Of a stretch of 5,594 bases of DNA, positions 5,210 to 5,594 are shown piece by piece. Origin of the DNA: a virus (lineage: Duplodnaviria; Heunggongvirae; Uroviricota; Caudoviricetes). The position numbers and the translations under genes are program-made. The stretch's first letter is position 1. Each line of letters starts with the position of its first letter. The stretch covers positions 1 to 5,594 of IMG/VR virus record IMGVR_UViG_2534681774_000027, one strand, 5' to 3'. The notes beneath the pieces were generated by a model. The model was not told the DNA's origin. It searched no databases and was given only the letters and a program-made list of their open reading frames with translations.

Positions 5210-5594
5210 TATCCGGGTCGCTTTCAGCGCCGTTGACAGGCTGACCCGGCCTGCCGAAAACGCCCGCCGCCTGATGGGGCAGTTTGGTGACTCCATCCAG
5301 CGAACGCAGGGGGCGATCAAAAATCTCGAGCGTCAGGCGCGTTCATTTGAGCGCGCCCGCGACGCTGTCAGTAAAGCGGATGCGGGTATCGTGAAAGCAC
5401 GACGCCAGCTTAACGCCCTTAATCAGTTACAACGCACGGGTACAGTGCTCAGCGAAAAGCAACAAAAGCTGATGCAGCAGTTAAGCACCCGGCTTGAACG
5501 CCTGAATGAATCGCGCACACGGGAAATTCAGAAAATGCGGGAGCTTGGCGGAGAGCTGAAACGCCACGGCATTTCCCTGACAGGCCGCGATAGC
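5196..5594 (+). CDS. T: Tail tape-measure protein gpT, N-terminal part (3' end lies outside the window)
   Basis: ATG at 5196 opens a frame with no stop to the window end (133 codons): MKTLDIRVAFSAVDRLTRPAENARRLMGQFGDSIQRTQGAIKNLERQAR…. This is alpha-helical and Q/R/E/L-rich, typical of tape-measure N-termini, and sits in the canonical position after E/E'. It is absent from the ORF track because it has no stop in the window. Confidence 0.8.
   Translation, partial: MKTLDIRVAFSAVDRLTRPAENARRLMGQFGDSIQRTQGAIKNLERQARSFERARDAVSKADAGIVKARRQLNALNQLQRTGTVLSEKQQKLMQQLSTRLERLNESRTREIQKMRELGGELKRHGISLTGRDS

Noticed and set aside
4963-5320. Minus-strand ORFs 4963-5196 and 4967-5320, and plus-strand ORF 4973-5209 as a free-standing gene
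   Set aside because: The minus-strand ORFs are antisense to E' and T. The plus-strand 4973-5209 frame is real coding sequence but is reached by the -1 frameshift from E (E'), not from its own ATG.
1-5594. CRISPR arrays, tRNA or rRNA genes, and a phage attachment-site core
   Set aside because: No regularly spaced direct repeats, no cloverleaf-compatible tRNA-like segments and no recognisable P2 att core were seen by eye. A tRNA or att site could lie outside the window.

Overview
This window is the edge of a P2-like (Peduovirus-type) myovirus prophage or prophage remnant, next to a small accessory region. Left to right: the 3' end of an IS66-family transposase gene (1-444) with a probable IS terminus near 474; an AT-rich minus-strand gene for a small zinc-ribbon + TM2-domain membrane protein (593-889) with its own terminator; a Hok/Gef-family type I toxin locus that the ORF track missed (46-aa hok-like ORF 1025-1165, minus strand, with an overlapping mok-like frame and flanking hairpins); an Ogr/Delta-type zinc-finger late activator (1356-1616, minus); a gpD homologue (1645-2772, minus); then, divergently on the plus strand, tail sheath FI (2929-4113), tail tube FII (4113-4625), chaperone E with its -1 frameshift extension E' (4680-5045 and on to 5209, slippery TTTTTTG at 4991-4997) and the start of tape-measure T (5196 to the window end). 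All homology calls come from reading the translations against remembered family sequences; no database search was run. The two points most worth follow-up are the unannotated hok/mok-like toxin locus beside ogr, and the non-canonical gene order: D-ogr lies divergent from FI-FII-E-T with no gpU between them, which points to a rearrangement junction in 2773-2928. I found nothing that I can support as a wholly new system; the zinc-ribbon/TM2 gene is the least understood element here. No tRNA, rRNA or CRISPR array was seen.
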